Origin: Squalus acanthias
Taxonomy: Eukaryota
Direction of reading: 5' to 3'
Assembly (NCBI GenBank): GCA_030390025.1
Contig: CM059438.1
Span: 74,524,001-74,588,000 of the forward strand
DNA length: 64,000 bases
A program made the translations under genes and the position numbers. Shown one piece after another: positions 38,691-52,380 of the stretch. The notes under the pieces are model-generated. The model made no database searches. It was not told where the DNA came from and saw only the letters and a program-made list of their open reading frames with translations. Each line of letters begins with the position of its first letter. Within the stretch, counting starts at the first letter, position 1.

Positions 38691-38849
38691 AGGAAGACCT
38701 GCAAAATGCTTAATAGAAAAGCAGGAAACAGTTAGCTGATACAAAAGATCAGTTCTGTGAAGCAAAGAATGTGTAAATAGTGAAGATTGTGAAAAGGCAT
38801 GGGAAAGGCCCACACAAGGAAAAGGAAGCCAGTAAATGGGTAACGAAGG

Positions 38850-39770
38850 GAAAAGCTTGCAGATGCAGGTGCTCTGAAAAGCAAACAGAAAATTCTAGAA
38901 ACACACAGAAGGGCCACTAGTACTGGAGAGAAAAACAGGCCAACATCATGGATGCAGACACTCACGTGAACTATGTTCTGACAAATGCCCAGCACCTGAA
39001 TTGCTAAGGCACCTCTCTTCCCTCCCGATGCCGCAAGACCCACCCCTCATTCCTCTGCTTAGGAAAAGCAAGGTTATAGCTAATGGCCAAGTTAAAGTCA
39101 TGTTAAGGCCAGAAGGCTGCAGAGTATTCGGGCGAGGGGTGGGGGGGGGGGAAAGAGCAGATTGGTTTCTGAAGCTTACGTTGAGTTTTGTTGGAACTGT
39201 AGCAGGCCAAAGATGGAGGAGTCAGTGTGGGCATATGAGGGGTTGTTAAAGTGGCAGGCCACAGGGAGGTCAGGACCACACTTGCAAAGAGATGGGAAAT
39301 TTCAGCAAAATAATCACTCAATCTGTGTTTGGGCTTCCCAAAGTACATCATGAACAGTGAATACAGTATGGTAGATTGGAGGTAGTACATGTAAATTGCT
39401 GCCTCATGTAGGAGTGTTTGGGGGCACAGGACAATTGATTAAGAGGTTATAGACCTGGTGTTGCATCTACTGCAGCTGAACAACCAGGTGCCAGGGAAGA
39501 GCAGCTGGAATTTGGAGTGGTGGCAGAATAAACAAGAATATCCAAAAAGGAAGGAGAGGGGAAAACGTGCTTGGTGGTGGCATCATGTTGTAGTTGGTGG
39601 AAACTGCAATAAATGATCTGGCAAAAGTAAAGTCAGGTTGGGGGGAGGTGGTGAAGGTTAGGATAAGCAGGACCCTGTTGTTGTTGTTATTATGAGAGTA
39701 GAGAGAGGAGCGGAGAGCAGCAGGGGAAATGGGGTAGGAGTCAACGGTCCCATCAACCACCATCAAAGTC
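38850..39770 (-). mobile_element. Decayed Penelope-like element: RT C-terminus/linker, GIY-YIG endonuclease remnant and pLTR
   Basis: Minus ORF remnants RVLLILTFTTS.. and MYFGKPKHRLSDYFAE (cf. PLE YIGETKRRLGDRFAEH); 39100-39220 aligns with 56205-56310. Confidence 0.7.
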
Positions 39771-40099
39771 ACTGCCCCACCGCATGATCTTGTACATCAC
39801 CCAACAGTCGCTGCTTTTCTCAAAAGATGCAGTCACTTCAGCAACAGAATACAATACCAAAAGTTACCGTGGACATTCAGCAAGCTAGGAGGCCAATTGC
39901 GTCAGTGACAATGGCAGTGCTTCAGAGGCTTCTAAGCTGCATTTCCAGCTATGTCCATGTACTGTAAAATGTTCAAGTATTTATTGTAGCTCCCTCTTAA
40001 ATCATACTGACTCAGCTTAAACTAGGTTATTCAAATGGGTCAATTTGCTACAGTAATTTTAGATTTTTTTCACTCAATGTATTAAGTTGACTAAATAGC

Positions 40100-40265
40100 T
40101 CTGAAATTCCCTCCCTAAACCTCTTCGCCGCTCTCTCCTCCTTTAAGAAACTACCTCATTGTCCAAGCTTTTGGTCACCTGTCCTTCCTGATAACACTCC
40201 TGTCAAGCGCCTTTGGACATTTTACTACATTAAAAGGCACGATATAAATGCAAGCTATTGTTGTT
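40100..40265 (+). mobile_element. L2 3' tail fragment
   Basis: tgaaattccctccctaaacctc..caagcttttggtcacct..aagcgcctttggacattttactacattaaaaggcac..tataaatgcaag..ttgttgttg. Confidence 0.7.
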
Positions 40266-41160
40266 GATACGTCTACAGCAAAGTAGTAGGGAATGGTGTC
40301 GCTCAATTGACTAAATTAACAAGTTGTTAAAAGTACACATTGCCCCCACTCACCTGCCCATTTTTATAGGTTGAAAACTTTGTTGCCTTTTCTCTGTGGG
40401 GAAACACTTGGCGCCTCACTCAATGGCACAGTTAAGATGATGCGATTGATATGTCATGACTGACGGGCAGAAATTAATTTCCTGTCTTGTGTCGTATTGC
40501 AGCAGTGAGTTAAGTCGCTGCAGTGAGGCAGGAGGGCGGGGCAGGGTGGAAGAGCTCAAGGAAAAATAAAACAGCACCGACTTGTCAACTTGCATCATCA
40601 AAAAGAAGGCTGGGTTTAAGTCTGTACCAAACTCTTTGTACCATTTAATTGAAGTGAAAAAAGTTGAGTTTCTCCCATCACTCTGAATGTCAACTATATA
40701 ATTTTACAATGTAAGGGTGCTCTCCTCTCCTCACATTGAAAAATATTGGAGCAGTAATCCAAGTCATTCGGTAGACAAATTGATGTAGCCCAGAACAGCA
40801 CGTTAACATGCTCATTGCCCCAAGTAACTGGAATGACTATATATATCCAACCAGAACTCTTCTTTTTCCTACTAGGCACTGAACATCTGAATATCTAAAT
40901 ATACAGGAGGAACCCGATCAGCAAATGCTTGCTGCAAGATGGCAACCATTCTCCCCAAAACTACTTCCACATATTATTGGACTACCACCAATACCAACAC
41001 TCAATAGTGCTGTACGGCTGAGCAAAATAAGCCAATTAGGCTACACCTTTACGCAACTATCTGAATACAACAGAACCAAACAACAGCCATATATTAAGTG
41101 ATCATAGAATCCTCTTCAACCAAACACAAAGACAACTGCCTCTAACCATTCGGAGGTTAA

Positions 41161-41250
41161 AAATGAGAAGTCGCACAACACCAGGTTATAGTCCAACAGA
41201 TTTATTTAATTTTACAAGCTTTCGAAGCAGTTCGCTCCTTCGTCAGGTAA
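41161..41250 (-). mobile_element. Short Penelope family B fragment with hammerhead motif (41212-41250)
   Basis: Minus strand TTAC-CTGACGA-a-GGAGCgaactGCTTC-GAAA-GCTT-GTAA followed by aaataaatctgttggactataacctggtgttgtgcgac, homologous to 22381-22467. Confidence 0.8.
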
Positions 41251-42341
41251 GTTAGCAATGAGAGAATCTCCCAGAATTCACAATTTAAACACAGACAAAA
41301 TCTATTCACATTTTTCCTACAACAAAGAGCACAGCCAAGACAATGAGATGTGTCCCAGGGGGTCCAACGTGTCAAACCACCTGCTGGCTGCATATCCTGT
41401 CAATTTGTGTTCTTGTGTTAGTCTTTTTAAAAAAAAAACACCTGGGAAGACCGGCCATGATGTCAAGTCGTGACATTCGGAGGTTGTAATACTACTGTTC
41501 TGCACCTCAACTCGAGAAACCACCAGACTGAATACCACGCAGTGTATCAAGTAAATAGACCAAAATCATAAGCGACTTACACAAGTCTCCTTCATGAGTG
41601 GAACAAACATGGTATTCAATAATTTTATCCAATCTTTTAGGTTTAGGCAAGTCCGAGAACTGTAATGGGAACATTTTGAAATTGTGTCAATATTAATCCT
41701 GCTTTGCTACTTGCTGACTCCAATACCAAAATCAAGAATTAATTCATTTTCCATTTGCTTTCCAGACTCAAAATGGGGAGCAAAAGCAATGGAGTCACAC
41801 AACAAAACGCAGTTTGCAGACAGACAGTTAAGGACATCAGTGTTTGCTAGGCTCAGGTTTCGTGACTTCCAATGCTGTTTTTGTTTGCACACTAGCGCAC
41901 CCTTTTATCAGGCAGATTAGTGTTCTGAATGCAAACCATAATCAACACTTCATGAAAAGGAGTCAGTCAGTGGCAACTGATCCCACTCGGTAAAGGATGG
42001 GCCCAGACTCCCTGGAACAGCTTGGTACAATATAATGAATCTTCTTCCAAAGGAGGACATCAATCTCTGCCACAACAGCTGCCAGTGCTACATCACTTTG
42101 ATAAATAAGGAATCTACTTTGTTGAAAATATTTCTACATTACTTGCTTCACATGATCAAAATGCCATAAAATCCACACAAGAGTTAACCTACAGTCAAAC
42201 AAATATGCTGGGAGCACTTGATCTGAATTAAGGCATCAACCTGGCATGACAGCTGAGAAACAAACAGCAGCTTCTCTATGCTAGAAACATCCAACAACCG
42301 CCACTGCAAACAGACTGACTGATCATTCACCTCACGTCAGC

Positions 42342-42475
42342 TAGTGGGATCTTGCTGTGCATAAAATGGCTGCTGCTTTTGCACACATAAATCACTGCAC
42401 TTCAAAGTAATTTAGTGTATGAATTACGGATGTTGAGATGCGCAATAAAAGCACAGTTTAAATGCAAGCCCCTCT
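42342..42475 (+). mobile_element. DeuSINE 3' fragment
   Basis: gtgggatcttgctgtgcataaaatggctgctgc..cacttcaaagtaat..taaatgcaag. Confidence 0.6.
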
Positions 42476-44504
42476 TTGTTTTTATACTGCACTGTAACAG
42501 TCTCGAAAGTAGCAGCTAGTTCAGGGTTGAAACCGTGATAATCGCTCCAAAAAGTTTAAATGTCTCCCCATCTCTCGGAACTTGGTGATCAGAGAACCGT
42601 TTCTACGATTGGGAGGGGAGACACACGAGTTGGCCAACTCATTTAAATCGGAAGATATTTTAGCAGCAAGCGATTAAAAGTCCTTCAAAATAACTCGGTC
42701 CTTAAAATTGATAAATTAGTGAGAGTATGCTGGAGGGAACAAGCTCCTGCCCAGTGGTACATGTAGTTTATCAGCTCCAGAGCTACAGCACACTGACAGC
42801 AGAGATATCTGCAAATGAAAACACTCAAAACTACTACATATACATTGTTAAAAACAGTAGATTTACAGCCAAACATGAAACGGGCCTTGCTGCACTTCAC
42901 CACTGCTGGAATAAAGTTCAGAATGGTGCTCAAAAGCATGATAGAGAACAGTGAGTTATATAAAGAGAGAGTCTTTCCCCCCTCCCTTATGCAGAGAATA
43001 TAAACAATTCCATTATGTTTGAAGTCCTGACCTTGCACAACTTATTCCAGTGAGGAATTGCTGTACAAAGAGGCACAAACATGTACTCATATTTAGGGGA
43101 CTGACATTCAGTGATTACCAAAAGGGTAACCAAAAAACACTTGGCGTATTTCTGAAGAAAACTGGCTTAAAGTTGTAGTATGCACGCCCTTTTTAAACGG
43201 TATTCTGGTCATCACTTCCTCTTCTTGAACTGATTATTTTGACGGTGCTATGGGAAACAAGAGCAATATATATCGTCGAGAGGTTTTGTGAAACTGCTTT
43301 CAACTGATGACATTCCAGGCCGGTGTTCACTGAAGTGATTGGAGTGGCCAACAGGAAAGAGGCAATTTACCTGCTCGAGTACAGTTTGCTGCGTAAAAAA
43401 AAAAAAATCATCGCCCTGTTTGCCTTGAGTCGATGAATAACAGCATCAGGTTTACTGTTTAATTTACTTGTTTTAAAAATGACTAATTTGTCAGTTAAAG
43501 AGAGGGGACAATTTATGTACTATATCATCACAACTGGGTACTTAACACAGCTGTGAAGAGCATGACAACAAAACAAGAACCTGGTAGCTCAACTAATCCT
43601 CTTGACTGCTTATGCATGACATAACCATCAGATCTCGTGTGGCGTCAAGTAAACAATGGCAAATTCCAGAACTAACTTGTACTCCAATAGGGCTGAATCT
43701 TTGACAGACAAAACTACTGCAGTTGATAAAACCCACACTTAAATTGGCTAGGGTATCTTTTTCTCTTCCAGCTTGATCAGAAACATTGGTTTCATTCAAA
43801 AATAGCCAAGATGGCAGGTTCCAACAAGCCGTCCTCTCTCTCTCTCTCTCTATATCGCTGAGAAAGAACCAAATTTCAATAGGCTTAGTACTTAAGGTAT
43901 TAACAAAATCAAAACCGGAACACAACTTTTCCCCTTCTTGTGGGGAGCAGTCTTGTCCTTCAATTGGATCTTCTTGAAGGCCCAAGAAAGATCGGGAACC
44001 TGTAGTCAGGAAAATCAGAGGATGAGCTTAATTTTTAGAATTATATACCAGTACCTTCAATCCTCTCTCCCGTCCCTAGTTTGGTTTTCCATTTCAAATC
44101 CTGGCTGAGCTCACATGCTTCAACATGAAGCAAACCTCACTGACAAGTGGGAGGAGAATCAGGCAGTGGCGCCGTGTAAGGCAACAGTTACGATCACATA
44201 CTTCGCCCCAAAATAACCATGTATACATAAAGCACATACCTAAAACAGGCCCCATTACCAATTGGTTGTGTAAATTCACAGACTCTTATGGGGATTGAGG
44301 GGCCGGGGGCGGGGAGCAAATATTGTGCAGCTTCCATGAGACTTGTGTCAATCTGATCTGAAAGAGCAAGCAATCTGCTACAAAACCTCTGCCAATGCTG
44401 TTCCATTAACAACCACTAGGAGGAGCATGGAAATTGCCCTGGCTGGTGCTGAAAAAAAATACCTGGGCCTGCATTCAGTGCCTCCCTTTGCTGGCAAGGT
44501 CACA

Positions 44505-44870
44505 ATCATCGAAACAGAATAGGAGAGCACAGAAGGAGGCCATTCAGCCCATCAAGTCTGTGCCAGCTCTTTCAAAGAGCAATCCAGATAGTGCCACTCC
44601 CCCGTTCTTTCCCCCTACCCCTGCATTTTTTATTTCCTTCAAGTATTTATCCAATTCCCTTTTGAAGGCTACTATTGAATCTGTATCCACCACCCTATCA
44701 GGCAGTGCATTCCAGATCCTAACCACTCGTTGCGTAAAAAAGTTTTTCCTCATGGTGCCTCAGGTTTTTTTTGCCAATCACCTTAAATCTGTGCCCTCTG
44801 GTTATCGACCCATCAGCCATTGGAAACATTTTCTTCGCATTTACTCTCTCAAACCCTTCATGATTTTAAA
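44505..44870 (-). mobile_element. CR1 3' fragment
   Basis: MRKNFFTQRVVRIWNALPDRVVDTDSIVAFKRELDKYL. Confidence 0.85.
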
Positions 44871-46614
44871 CGCCTCCTGTGCGGGAACTCGCTGGGCAAA
44901 CCGTCACTTTACCAATCGATGGAACACTGCATTAAAGTGGCCCACATGGGGAGCAGTGACCAGGAAAAGCAGGGGGAGGAAAACAAGTTTTTTTCCTCCT
45001 TAAAACAGGATCTGGTTATAGAATGGGAGTATAAATAAAACCATTTATGTTCCTTCGCCAAATGTTTATTTGCAAAAGGGTCAAACGTATTGAAGTTCAG
45101 TTCTTTTTCCACTGTTTGAAAACGGCTTTAGACAAAAATCTTTAAAAACAAACAGAATAGGCTAATGCAGGACAATTTGTTTTGAACAATGGAGAAACTG
45201 CTATTCACTGACCAGAGTGCCACGATTTCCAAACAATTATCACCTCAGCACATTAACTGAACTAATAACTTCCACCCATTAGAAAAGGTCCTGAACTGCT
45301 CCTTTTCTCGTTATCAGGCCATGTTTAGTTTAGGGACTGCGTGGCTGGCACGGTGAGTGAGCAGGGGAAAATATCGCCGCCTGTGTTATATATCTTGTCG
45401 ATGTGCGTGTGTGGAGTGACAACTTTTAGCGATGTTATTGAAAGGCCACTAAAAACAAAAAATTGACTGCCTTAGGAGCAAGGAGGCAGATACTTTCAAT
45501 TATCTGAATATGAACAGCCCTACACTTGTTTGTTCAGGTGATCTCTTGTTCCTGCTGCAGCCTTTGGGAAACCAGTGCACTCACTGGAATTCATTGACTG
45601 CTTCAAGCACCTTAACCTTTTAAGCGCTGGACATTTTTTGGCAGTTTACACAGTTACTTTTTAATTTGACAGCAGCTTTTATTCATTTTTAGTCAAACAC
45701 CAGCAGGTCAAAAAAACAAAACGGCCTTGGACAATAAAAAAGGACATTCCCGGAGACAGGTGAATTTTTGACCCAGATTATCTTGGGATGGAGTGTGTGT
45801 GTGCAGAGAAAACAAGGTGAATTTTCCTAGAAAATGGCTGGAATACTCAATCTTTCACACTTTCCCTTCGAGTGTAATGCTTTTCAAAATAGGCACGATT
45901 CAACAGGGATCATACTCGAGGAAGATTCAATTGCAACAGCAATTGTCCCAGAATTAGACATTAGGACAAGTCAGACTCATTTGCATCTCTCTCTCTCTCT
46001 CTCCTCCCTGCCCCTCCTCTCCAATATCCCACCAACCCGTGCCCCCCGCTCAGCAGGATGTAGACGGTTAGTCTGCTGTCGACAAGATGGCCTGCAACGT
46101 AGGGAAGATTTTCTCAGGAGTACATTCATATTGAATGACACTTCAGCAGTTCCAAAGAACTGGATGTTCTTTAAAAATAAGTTGAGAGAAAGTAACAGGG
46201 ATTTATTGGGGGTGGAAGAGATGTGAATAGTACTCCGATATAGCTTCCACTGAAAAATGCAAGAGGAAAAAAGGTTTGGTGGAGCAGCTGTGCGATTACT
46301 ACAAACTGATGCAATTCTCCAGCATTGATGAAAAGCACTATTACAATCAGTTCATTTACACAGTAAAATACAGCATCAACCCCCTGCCTAAAAAAAAAAA
46401 TCAAACATTCAGCAACCACATGAATACCAATCCAGTGAGAAGGCAGCTGGTTGGATGAATATTTTCTCTGTTATTCTGGTAGCCACAAATTGCAGGCATA
46501 GTGTCGGAAGATGCTGCACATCTGCATGCTGTAGAGAAACGCGATGTGTTTCTGCTCTCCATTAACTGTTTCATCACAAACAGCGAGAGGGAGAAAATGA
46601 ATCTCTGTTGTCGT

Positions 46615-47045
46615 GATGTTGGTGGCGGGATAAATATTGGCCAGGACACTGGGAAAACGCCTTGCTCTTCTTCGAATAGTACCATGGGATCTTTAATGCC
46701 ACGGGTCGACCAGAGAGGGCAGGCAGGGCCTCAGTTCGACGTCTCATTCGAAAGATAGCACCTCTGAGTGCAGCACTCCTAGATTAAGGGCGCGATCTTG
46801 CCAGCCCTGGTGAGGCAGGTCTGCCAGGAAAATGGCAGAACTTGGGGGCGGGTGCCCAACCCAATAGCGTGGGTTGGCCAGAAGTTGGAGGCGGGACTGA
46901 CACCCGACAAGTGGGAGCCCCGCCTCCAAAAGCTCTCCATTGAGAAAATCCAGCCCTTAGTGTCCAAGTCTCGAAAGTGGATCTTGAACCCACAACCTTC
47001 TGACTCCCAGGCGAAAGTGCTACTAACTGAGCCAAGACTGACACC
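46615..47045 (-). mobile_element. DeuSINE 5' half interrupted by a small MITE
   Basis: tRNA head at 46975-47045 (cttgaacccacaaccttctgactc..ctgagcca); Deu domain at 46660-46780. Confidence 0.8.
46788..46956. mobile_element. Small Harbinger-like MITE (169 bp)
   Basis: Imperfect TIRs GGGCGCGATCTT / AAAATCCAGCCC, flanked by taa / tta, interrupts the SINE. Confidence 0.6.
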
Positions 47046-47444
47046 TGAATGTACAGGGATCACCCCTCCAAACAATGTGATGCAGCCTAGACTCAGACTT
47101 TTACCCTTTGATTAATTTTATTTCAAGTAAAATGGATTACAGCCACATCTATCCTGATTAAACGATCCTATTTCTGAACAGTTCTTACTAACGTTGTGCC
47201 ACACGTCATTCTTTGTTTCCCATCAGCAGCGAGTTCCATTTACATTTCAAATCGTCCAAAACCAACAACTAATCAACAGTCTTTTGAATATTATAAACTA
47301 TCATGCGCTGGGAGCACATCAAATTAATGGCAGCTCCTGGCCTTACCAGGGTGAATTATGACGAGAAGAAAATGGTAGATAAAAGATTTCAAAAAATAAC
47401 AGGAATGATTTCTCCATTAGACTAGGGAGAAATTAACAATTTTA

Positions 47445-47590
47445 ACATGATGATAGATTTTTGGACACTAAAGGGAATCAAGGGATATGGCGAGAAAGTG
47501 GAGTTAATATAGAAGTTCAGCCATGATCTTATTGAATGGCAGAGCAGGCTTGATGGGCCTACCCCTGCTCCTTTTTATGTTCTTATGTTT
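47445..47590 (+). mobile_element. CR1/HE1 tail fragment
   Basis: gatagatttttggacac..atcaagggatatgg..cagccatgatcttattgaatggcagagcaggct..tatgttcttatgtt. Confidence 0.75.
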
Positions 47591-48288
47591 AAAGAAGACA
47601 ACTACAGGGCAGAACCGATTGCAGATAACTTCACTCCAACACTGCACAAGTGTACGTCAACAGCAAAGCTTCCTCAGTGCACACAACAGCCCATTGGCAC
47701 CAGAAGGCTAACATGCAGTCCCAGGTTAAAGGGCCACACGTGACATTAAATAAGGTTTCATGCATGCTGTGCACTGCCCATTTGCCTATCTGACAAAGAT
47801 TACTGGTGAGGAGTGAGATGAAGACTCAAGTGTTGTTCTATAGCCCCAAGGCCAAGAATTGGACTCTTCAGCAGATGAGTAGAAGGTAGGGTGTATATGG
47901 ACAGTAGTGGTGTTACAATGCTAGCTTAGTTTTACTTAGATTGCATATTTTAGTCAATGAAATCTAAAATTAGAAATAAAGTATATACATTGGCATACAA
48001 GGCAACTATCTCACACAATATTGTTCTGGGGGCAAATTTGTTGCATCTCTTTTAAAGATCAGAGTAAACATTACAAAGCTTCCTCCTAGCCACAAATTAT
48101 CTCGTCACCCAACGTCCACAAGCACATTTTCTGTTCTTTATTCCCACCAGCGCATTTTCATAGTTGTTCCTCTATTTAAGTCCACCTAGCTCATTCACCT
48201 TCTTCCCTAAAGACAAGATTTGGTACTTTTGGGAAATTTACAACTGCTCGAGTGAATGGCAAGATGCAAATAGTTTCATTTCACTTGC

Positions 48289-48419
48289 CTTTCTTTGAAG
48301 AAGCTGAGGCTGCGGTCCACCATTTTCTTCAACCTCATACCGGATCTTATTGAAGAGCGCCAGAGGATACTGCTCCTCGAAGAACTGAAAAAACTCATCT
48401 AGAATCTTCCCAGTCCTTT
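48289..48419 (-). CDS. NIBAN2: NIBAN2 coding exon 2, 131 nt, phase 1-0, GC donor
   Basis: atgttttacAG|AAAGGACT..AGAAAG|GCAAGT; (E)RTGKILDEFFQFFEEQYPLALFNKIRYEVEENGGPQPQLLQRK vs recalled human EKTGKILTEFLQFYEDQYGVALFNSMRHEIEGTGLPQAQLLWRK. Confidence 0.93.
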
Positions 48420-50679
48420 CTGTAAAACATAAATCAGGCACAACGTTGAGTGGAGAGTATATCGAATATCTTTAAACAGTGTCTGCAAGCAAAAAGACCC
48501 TTCATCTACATAGCTTTATTATATATGGTTGAAAGCTTGAAGTGTTTGGAAATATTGCACTTAAAGTTTTCTTAATTCAAAAATAGTTTTACACCAAAAC
48601 ATAAAATTCACCTTCAGTTGACCAGAAAAGCCTTGGAGCTCTCCATGCTATATTATGCTACTGTTGGAACGGTGCCTACTCTTAATTTTTTTCCCCCTTT
48701 GTTACAAATTCAGTCATTACCCTGAAGGTAATGGATTGTACAGTGACTGTTAAATGAAGGAGCCAGTCCAGGTATGTACAATGAAAAATATTGGTAGATT
48801 TTGAAATTAGAGGCACAGATAACAATTCCTTCAAGCACAATGCACTGTGTAACAGTGAAAGCTGATTTTCAGGAACAGGATTGCATTGCCTACTGTTTGA
48901 TGCAGTGTGAAGTAAAGAAGACACAAGTGTGAAGTTAAGGGTTTTATACAGACTTTATTGAAACCATTGGGGAGGTCCAGAACTGGATCCAGACTTGTTT
49001 GTGGGATTTAGGGTGTGACTGTACTGTAGTTTTAGCCAGGAGGCTAAATCCTTTATGCCACGGTCTCCCAGAGTTCAGGTGCCAGTACAAAGTTATCTCG
49101 ATGCAAAGCATTGCGATATCATAATGACATTAAAAATGTGGAGCTGTGAAACTGCAGACTGATTGCAAACTTAGTGCCACTGCATAATAGTCTCTCCAAA
49201 CCCACAGGTGAACTCGAGTGGCTTGCTCTCAGTACCTTTTGTGCAGTTTAACTGCACTGTTAGTCTATAACTCAAGAAAACTGCCTGTGCATTAGTGCCA
49301 CTAATGTGTCTCCCAAAGGGATATTTCACACCAGTGAAAGTTTCACTAGAATATCAGTGCATGTCCCCACCGCCAGCTCTTTGCATTTTCCCTCTTATCC
49401 AGAATACCAGGTGAATGGCAATCTGTTTAATGGACCGTCAGTTCAGCATATTTGCGCAATGCTAAAACGAATGGGAAAAAGATGGGAAGATAGAAAGAAC
49501 AAGTTTTGGATTTGGTTTCAAACTGGTGAAGTCCCATTAAAAAAAACTAAATTTAAAGACAAAAAGTTCAGCTCAGCCATACCACTAGTTGCCTTTTAAT
49601 GGTTCAGCGCCAACTAGCTGGCCAACCTTTCTCCTCCCTCGCCCCCCCCCCCAAAAGAGCTATTAAAAATGTTACCAGAAGTGATAACATTAATCAGCTC
49701 TCTGTGCATTGGCGTACAAATGCATGCATTCGATCCGTCCCAACTTCATAGGAATGTGAGCAGCCAATGAAAATATTAGTCGTCCTCCCTCAACGCACTT
49801 TTAATATAGTATAACAGTTACATTAGTCTACGTGGCAAAGTTCACTGCAGTGTGATTGGCTTTGATTCAAGCACCGGTGAATAAACTGTTGATGGTTTGT
49901 ATTTTTCTTAATAAGCACTCCCTCATTTGTATCCTGCAATGCAGTTTCATCCCAACAAGGACAGTACAACCACCTAAAGGCCTGAAGCAAAACTCAAGGC
50001 AGTCTTCTACTGCACGCAACTGCCTCCAATTGTTGGCTTGTTCCTAATGTTGACAGAACAGTCATCTTTCCCTGGGAGTCTGTACAGGAGTGATTTATAA
50101 CCATCACGAGTACAAATGCAGCTTTCGCTACTTCTTGGTCATACGTGTTATACTTTTTAGACAGATACACCATTCTGACAAGTTCAGACATATCATACCA
50201 ATGCAATTTGGATATCTTCCTAGTTCCCATCCTCGGAACAGACATTTGGAAGCTACCTACAGGAAACAATGAGGTTGGATAACAACACAATGTCAAGTAC
50301 TGTAATGTGATCCAATGATTACCACTCAATATGCATAATAGGATATTGGGCGATTGTGTTACAAGGTGATCTTTCAATTCAGTTCTTCTAACGAAGTCAG
50401 AAACTCCAACAGAAAAGCCAGAGACTGGAGATTAAGTTACTGCCTCAACTCACTGCCAACTATTATGTGCCATATATAATACAAGAGTATAGTTCTGCTT
50501 CCAGAAAATGTGTTCAACTTTGTTTATTATGATGCGGTAGAGCAGAACTGAGCGCAGCACAGGTGATTTAAGTGAAAATAAGAGAGAGGCGCATGGGACA
50601 TAAAGTAGATATTATAGTTCAGAGATTTAATTCCACCTTCTAGTCCAGCAATGGATTAACAGAAAATAAATCACACTCT

Positions 50680-50850
50680 GTCACAGAATCTTACAACACA
50701 GAAGGAAGCCATTCGGCCCATCGTGCCTGCTCTTTGAAAGAGCAATCCAATTAGCCCCACTAGCCTGCCCTTTTCCCCATAGCCTTGCACTTTCCTCCCT
50801 TTCAAGTATTTATGCAATTCCCTTTTGAAAGTTACTATTGAATTTGCTTT
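50680..50850 (-). mobile_element. CR1 tail fragment
   Basis: cacagaaggaagccattcggcccatc..ttcaagtatttatgcaattcccttttgaaag, same family as 44505-44870. Confidence 0.75.
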
Positions 50851-52380
50851 TCATTATTATAAAATCATTTGTAGGCCAGTGGTCTGGGTGCATTTCTTTG
50901 CTGTTTGTTATAATGCAGTTGCAGGAGGTGGTTAAACATTACAAGATGTACAAAAAGACAGATGTGGTGACATTAGTACTGACTGAGCAAGAAAATCTCA
51001 CTTAACTTTGCATATTCAGCCTCATGGCTGCACAAGAAATAAAATTAGGACATTGAAAATTTGCCGTAACAAGCATTTATTCATGCACCTTTTATACAAC
51101 ATTACTCATAATACAATCTACAGCAATTTTAAAAGAGGACACTCTCTGTGGGAGCTGGTATAAAAAAATATCAAAAATGATCTTCCAGTTCCAGTGCAAG
51201 AAGAGGACATGTTAATGGAGGGTTTGGTTGTGATCCGTCCAATATAAACACATGCAAATTTTTTTGCAAAACATCTCATCTATTCTTTGTGGAACTGCAT
51301 CAATCACTATCGCAAATCATGGAGGGAGAAAATTTATGCCACCTTATTAAAACATTTCCTATAGACCAGCTGTGACAGGAGGCGACGGAGACGTCTCTGA
51401 ATCAAACTAGGCCACTTGACTGGAGCAATCAAGAGCTGGTGACTGAAGGAGGGATGGGAACATAAGTGGGGAGGAAACATAAAAACAGATGGCCAAAAAT
51501 ATCTCAAAAGTCCTTTCAAATCCACCACAATATTATATTTAAATTGATATGCATGAAAAGCTTCAAAACAGAAATGGTTGTATCTGGAATTTTCTTCAAA
51601 TTTAATATAAAATGAATCAGATCATGAAGTTGACTATTAAAAAAAAAAAGAAATTTAAATCCTGAAATGCTCCTTCAGATGCACTGGCACTGTGAAGAGG
51701 GCATTCGCTTGAGAACAGATGCTGGGAGTCAACAAATTAAACATGACCAGGTGAGAAGGAAGAAAAACCAAGTCTAAGAAAGACAGAAAGTGTGAAGAGA
51801 ACATGCAGTTCCAACAATTTCACCAGTCAGTTCACTTTCTTCCTTCAAAATGCCCGTGACACGTGTTTTCATACTGAACAGTTCAGTGGCTCCGACGGGT
51901 GACCCACACTGACCTCCCAGCATCCTTTGCGCGGCACACTTTTTAAGGCAGCGGCACGGCCACGTATCAAAGCGAGAAAGAAATCCCCAGCTGTGGCTAG
52001 CTGCCTAATCTGGAACCTAGCATTCCTGCCCCAGTCTAGCCGGCTGCCTTTAAACTATTTAACTTTGAGTTTTCAATCTGCACCTCAAATCTTGGCCCCA
52101 ACTGATGGACCTTGTGCAGCATCAAAATCAGCCCCAGGCATCAACAGAAGGAATTGCTGGAATGTTTACTTATTCTCAATATTTTCCAGTAGCTGGACTT
52201 ATTTCCTCAAAAAAAAGGCACTAAACTGAACGCAGAATTGAAGTTAAACTGTTCGGGAATCAGATTTTTTTTTTTAAAAACATGGTCAATAAAAAAAAAA
52301 ATCCATCCGATTTCCTTCTCGCCACTACCAAACAAAAAGCAAGCTAAATGTGCATCAGCACTCAAAAACATGCCCCAAGA

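Noticed and set aside
44434-45003. 189-aa plus-strand ORF
   Set aside because: Mostly the antisense reading of a CR1 tail; no protein similarity
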